NCBI GenBank assembly: GCA_013791905.1
Contig: VMSX01000030.1
Coordinates: 74,741 to 104,740, forward strand
Reading direction: 5' to 3'
DNA from: Rhodocyclaceae bacterium
Lineage (GTDB): Bacteria; Pseudomonadota; Gammaproteobacteria; Burkholderiales; Rhodocyclaceae
DNA length: 30,000 nucleotides
Shown here: one piece after another, positions 26,639 through 30,000 of the stretch
How the letters are laid out: each line of letters starts with the position of its first letter
Numbering within the stretch: the first letter of the stretch is position 1
Translations under genes and position numbers: made by a program
Notes under the pieces: generated by a model
What the model saw: the letters and a program-made list of their open reading frames with translations, nothing else
What the model was told of the DNA's origin: nothing
Database searches by the model: none

Positions 26639-27568
26639 TTAGACTTCAAGATGCTGGTAGAGCACTGTCGAGAGATAACGTTCGCCAAACGACGGAATGA
26701 TGACGACGATCAGCTTGCCCGCGCTCTCCGGGCGCTTGGCGACTTCGAGCGCGGCCCATACTGCCGCGCCGGAGGAGATGCCGACCAGCAGGCCTTCCTC
26801 GGTCGCCATGCGGCGCGCGGTGGTCAGCGCGTCGTCGTTCTTCACGCGGATGGTCTCGTCGTAGATCTTGGTATTGAGGATGGCGGGCACGAATCCGGCG
26901 CCGATGCCCTGGATCGGATGCGGGCCGCGCTGACCACCCGACAGCACCGGGCTGGCATCGGGCTCGACGGCGATGATCTTGACCTGCTTTTTGGCCTTCA
27001 GCACTTCACCGACGCCGGTGATTGTGCCGCCGGTGCCCACGCCGGAAATGAAGATGTCGACCTGACCATCGGTGTCGCGCCAGATTTCCTCGGCGGTGGT
27101 CTTCCTGTGGATGTCCGGGTTTGCCGGGTTTTCGAACTGCTGCGGGATGAAGTAGCGCGCGTCGGCCGCCGCCAGTTCCTCGGCTTTCTTGATCGCGCCG
27201 GGCATGCCCTCCGGTCCGGGCGTGAGGATCAGTTCGGCGCCATAGGCCTTGAGCAGTAGTTTGCGCTCGCGGCTCATGGTTTCGGGCATGACGAAGGTGG
27301 CCTGGTAGCCGCGCGCCGCGCAGACCATCGCCAGGCCGATGCCGGTGTTGCCCGAGGTCGGCTCCAGAATGATGGTGTCGGGCTTGATCTTGCCGGCCTT
27401 CTCGGCGGCATCGATCATCGCCATGGCGATGCGGTCCTTGACGCTCCCCGCCGGGTTGAAGAATTCGAGCTTCAGCGCGATCGTCGCGCTGTTGTCGGCA
27501 TTCATGCGGTTGAGGCGAACCAGCGGCGTGTGGCCGATCAGTTCGATGATATCGTTCGCGATTTGCAT
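26639..27568 (-). CDS. cysK: Cysteine synthase A (O-acetylserine sulfhydrylase)
   Basis: 309 aa. Motifs: [21 protein letters not shown] (PLP lysine), [22 protein letters not shown]. Confidence 0.93.
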   Translation of the reverse strand: MQIANDIIELIGHTPLVRLNRMNADNSATIALKLEFFNPAGSVKDRIAMAMIDAAEKAGKIKPDTIILEPTSGNTGIGLAMVCAARGYQATFVMPETMSRERKLLLKAYGAELILTPGPEGMPGAIKKAEELAAADARYFIPQQFENPANPDIHRKTTAEEIWRDTDGQVDIFISGVGTGGTITGVGEVLKAKKQVKIIAVEPDASPVLSGGQRGPHPIQGIGAGFVPAILNTKIYDETIRVKNDDALTTARRMATEEGLLVGISSGAAVWAALEVAKRPESAGKLIVVIIPSFGERYLSTVLYQHLEV

Positions 27569-27657
27569 GGTGGGTCTCCTGCCGTTTGATTGATCTATAT
27601 AATGAATTCAATCGCGCAATTTATCAACCACATCAACAAAATACGCAGAGGCCATCA

Positions 27658-28929
27658 ATGAAAATCGAAACCCTGGCAGTCCATGGCGGCTACAGCCCCG
27701 ATCCCACCACCAAAGCCGTGGCGGTGCCGATTTATCAGACCACCTCGTACGCTTTCGATGATACCCAGCATGGTGCCGACCTGTTCGACCTCAAGGTGCA
27801 GGGCTACATCTACACACGCATCATGAATCCGACCACCGACGTGCTCGAAAAGCGCATGGCCGCGCTGGAAGGCGGGGTCGGTGCGCTGGGGGTGGCTTCG
27901 GGCCAGGCGGCGATCACTTATGCCATCCAGACCATCGCCGAGGCCGGCGACAACATCGTTTCGGTCGGCACGCTATACGGCGGCACCTACAACCTGTTCG
28001 CCCACACCCTGCCGCAATATGGCATCGAGACGCGCTTCGCCGACTATCGCGACCCCGCCAGCTTCAAACCGCTCATCGATGCGCGCACCAAGGCGATCTA
28101 TTGCGAGTCGGTCGGCAACCCGCTCGGCAACATCATCGACCTCGCAGCATTGGCCGAGGTGGCCCACGCCGCCGGAGTGCCGCTGATTGTCGACAATACC
28201 GTGCCGACACCCTATCTGTGCCGCCCCTTCGAGCATGGCGCCGACATCGTCGTGCATTCGCTGACCAAGTATCTGGGCGGCCACGGCACCAGCATCGGCG
28301 GCGTCATTGTCGATTCCGGCAAGTTCCCTTGGGCCGATCACCAGGAACGCTTCAAGCGCCTCAATACGCCCGACGTTTCCTACCACGGCGTCGTGTACAC
28401 CGAAGCGCTCGGTCCCGCCGCCTACATCGGCCGGGCGCGCGTGGTGCCGCTGCGCAACATGGGTGCGGCGATTTCGCCCTTCAACAGTTTCCTGATCCTG
28501 CAGGGCATCGAGACCCTGGCGGTGCGCATGGACCGCATCTGCGAAAACACGCAGGCCGTGGCGCAATATCTCAAAACCCACCCGAAGGTCGGCTGGGTCA
28601 ATTACGCCGGCCTGCCCGACCATCGCGAACACGCGTTGGCGCAGAAGTACATGGGCGGCCGTGCCTCGGGCATCCTCACCTTCGGCGTTCAGGATGGCGG
28701 TGCTGGCGGCGCCCGCTTCCAGGATGCGTTGAAGCTGATCACCCGCCTCGTCAATATCGGCGACGCCAAGAGTCTCGCCTGCCACCCGGCTTCGACCACT
28801 CATCGGCAACTGTCCCCCGCCGAACTGGCCAAGGCCGGCGTGTCGGAAGACATGGTGCGGCTGTCGATTGGCCTCGAACATATCGACGATCTCAAGGCCG
28901 ACCTGGAGCAGGCGCTCGCGGCAGTATGA
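27658..28929 (+). CDS. metY: O-acetylhomoserine aminocarboxypropyltransferase (sulfhydrylase)
   Basis: 423 aa from ATG 27658 ([11 protein letters not shown]). Motifs: [30 protein letters not shown] (PLP lysine), [11 protein letters not shown]. The track's 24-codon extension from 27586 lies in the divergent promoter region. Confidence 0.92.
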   Translation: MKIETLAVHGGYSPDPTTKAVAVPIYQTTSYAFDDTQHGADLFDLKVQGYIYTRIMNPTTDVLEKRMAALEGGVGALGVASGQAAITYAIQTIAEAGDNIVSVGTLYGGTYNLFAHTLPQYGIETRFADYRDPASFKPLIDARTKAIYCESVGNPLGNIIDLAALAEVAHAAGVPLIVDNTVPTPYLCRPFEHGADIVVHSLTKYLGGHGTSIGGVIVDSGKFPWADHQERFKRLNTPDVSYHGVVYTEALGPAAYIGRARVVPLRNMGAAISPFNSFLILQGIETLAVRMDRICENTQAVAQYLKTHPKVGWVNYAGLPDHREHALAQKYMGGRASGILTFGVQDGGAGGARFQDALKLITRLVNIGDAKSLACHPASTTHRQLSPAELAKAGVSEDMVRLSIGLEHIDDLKADLEQALAAV

Positions 28930-29642
28930 AGAAGCTGACACTCGACAAAATTCTGCAAACGCAAGGCTTCGGCACGCGCCGGGAATGTCGCAACCTGATT
29001 CTTCACGGCGCGGTAAGCATTGCTGACGAGGTCGTGACGGATTATCAAATGATGCCGGATACCGCCGACCTCGACTTCACGGTCGACGGTGACACTTGGC
29101 ATTACCGCGAACACGTTTATATCGCCCTCAACAAGCCCGCTGGCGTCGAATGCTCGCGGCGGCCGGCGGTTCATCGCGGCGTGCTGAGTCTCCTGCCGGA
29201 TCAATTCACCCTGCGCGACGTGCAACCCGTCGGTCGGCTCGACCACGACACGACGGGCCTGCTGCTGCTTTCCGACGATGGCGTCTTCATTCACGCTCAA
29301 TCGTCACCCAAGCGCCATGTGACGAAAACCTACGTTGCGATGACGCAGGACCCGGTGACGCCGGAACTCGTGGCGCAACTCTCGGCCGGCGTGAAACTGG
29401 CCGATGAACCCGCGCCGCTGGCGGCACAGGCGCGCCAATTGGATACCCACCAGATTGAAATCATCCTCGACCAGGGCAAATATCATCAGGTCAGGCGCAT
29501 GCTCGTTGCTGCCGGCAACCACTGCGTGGCGTTGCACCGCTCGGCAATCGGCGGGCTGACACTGGAAAATCTGGGTCTGGCGGAGGGCGCATGGTGCTAT
29601 CTCGACGATGCGCAGATGGCCTTGCTGGCACCACCACAATAA
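28926..29642 (+). CDS. rsuA: Pseudouridine synthase, RsuA/RluB/E/F family (RsuA-like size with N-terminal S4 domain)
   Basis: 238 aa from the ATG sharing ATGA with the metY stop. [25 protein letters not shown] (S4), VGRLDHDTTGLLLLSDDG (catalytic Asp), GKYHQVRRM. The track ORF from 28101 is a spurious in-frame upstream extension. Confidence 0.85.
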   Translation: MKKLTLDKILQTQGFGTRRECRNLILHGAVSIADEVVTDYQMMPDTADLDFTVDGDTWHYREHVYIALNKPAGVECSRRPAVHRGVLSLLPDQFTLRDVQPVGRLDHDTTGLLLLSDDGVFIHAQSSPKRHVTKTYVAMTQDPVTPELVAQLSAGVKLADEPAPLAAQARQLDTHQIEIILDQGKYHQVRRMLVAAGNHCVALHRSAIGGLTLENLGLAEGAWCYLDDAQMALLAPPQ

Positions 29643-29697
29643 ATCGGCGTGACCGAAGGGAATCCCCTTTTCGGGACTGGCAGGACGGTGCACCCAC

Positions 29698-30000
29698 ATG
29701 TCCGAACACACTTCATTACTCGAACCATCCCCTTGGATCGTCCGTTTCGCCCCGCTGATTCCGGCGGGGAGCATGGTGCTCGATCTCGCCTGCGGCAGCG
29801 GACGTCATGCCCGCTTGCTGGCCGGTATGGGGCATCAGGTCGAGGCGGTGGATCGCGATGTGGATGCGCTCGCCGCGCTGGCCGGGATCGATGGCATCCA
29901 GACGTGCTGCGCCGATCTCGAAGGTGGTTCCTGGCCGTATTACGGACGCGGTTTCGATACCATCGTGGTGAGCAACTACCTGCACCGGTCGCTGCTGCCC
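29698..30000 (+). CDS. Class I SAM-dependent methyltransferase (3' end runs off the window)
   Basis: Own translation from ATG 29698: MSEHTSLLEPSPWIVRFAPLIPAGSMVLDLACGSGRHARLLAGMGHQVEAVDRDVDAL.. (motif I DLACGSG). The listed 29716..29985 minus ORF is its antisense shadow. Confidence 0.8.
   Translation, partial: MSEHTSLLEPSPWIVRFAPLIPAGSMVLDLACGSGRHARLLAGMGHQVEAVDRDVDALAALAGIDGIQTCCADLEGGSWPYYGRGFDTIVVSNYLHRSLLP

Noticed and set aside
27569-27657. Specific CysB/MetR-type operator in the divergent cysK-metY region (ATTGA-N14-TCAAT, ATCAAC direct repeat, TATAAT)
   Set aside because: The motifs are short and AT-rich, and I cannot match them confidently to a known consensus. There is no convincing -35 for the TATAAT. 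I left this unannotated.

Overview
GC-rich bacterial chromosomal window. The gene content and protein sequences look betaproteobacterial (Rhodocyclales-like); that placement is inference only. I support about 28 protein genes and one tRNA.

Minus-strand operon at the left: DUF58, TgpA-like transglutaminase, MltB and an HD-GYP response regulator. Then a hypothetical exported protein, an orphan HicA-like gene and tRNA-Ser(UGA). Next come a B12-dependent ribonucleotide reductase (nrdJ) with tandem NrdR boxes, followed by a YkgJ-type Cys-cluster protein. A 750-bp AT-rich regulatory gap holds a 41-codon Lys-rich ORF.

The middle of the window carries a SAM methyltransferase, Pat-type protein acetyltransferase, Tag glycosylase, an AbrB-type antitoxin with Doc toxin, ClpB with a sigma-32-like promoter, a CoA-transferase and a phasin. 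A tightly overlapping minus-strand operon follows: dinG/yoaA, an ATP-grasp-like unknown, mobB, moeA, moaD and moaE. The right end has cysK, metY, a pseudouridine synthase and a partial methyltransferase.

The protein genes are ordinary. The unusual content is non-coding: eight copies of a structured repeat family I cannot name, five long type A and three short type B. Each copy has an invariant hairpin loop (GGGCCGCCCCAAG) flanked by arms that differ between copies but stay complementary.

- All copies sit in one polarity relative to flanking transcription.
- Type A copies start at stop codons.
- Type B copies exactly fill three operon junctions (tRNA-Ser/hicA, antitoxin/doc, moaD/moaE).
- Each type B copy carries an element-spanning mini-ORF that ends on the downstream start codon, while the copy-specific hairpin arm pairs with that gene's SD or start codon.
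- One type A copy appears to donate the start codon and N-terminal extension of tag.
- A 26-nt piece of the type A flank also occurs in-frame inside clpB and dinG, giving KVGAGGTA in both.
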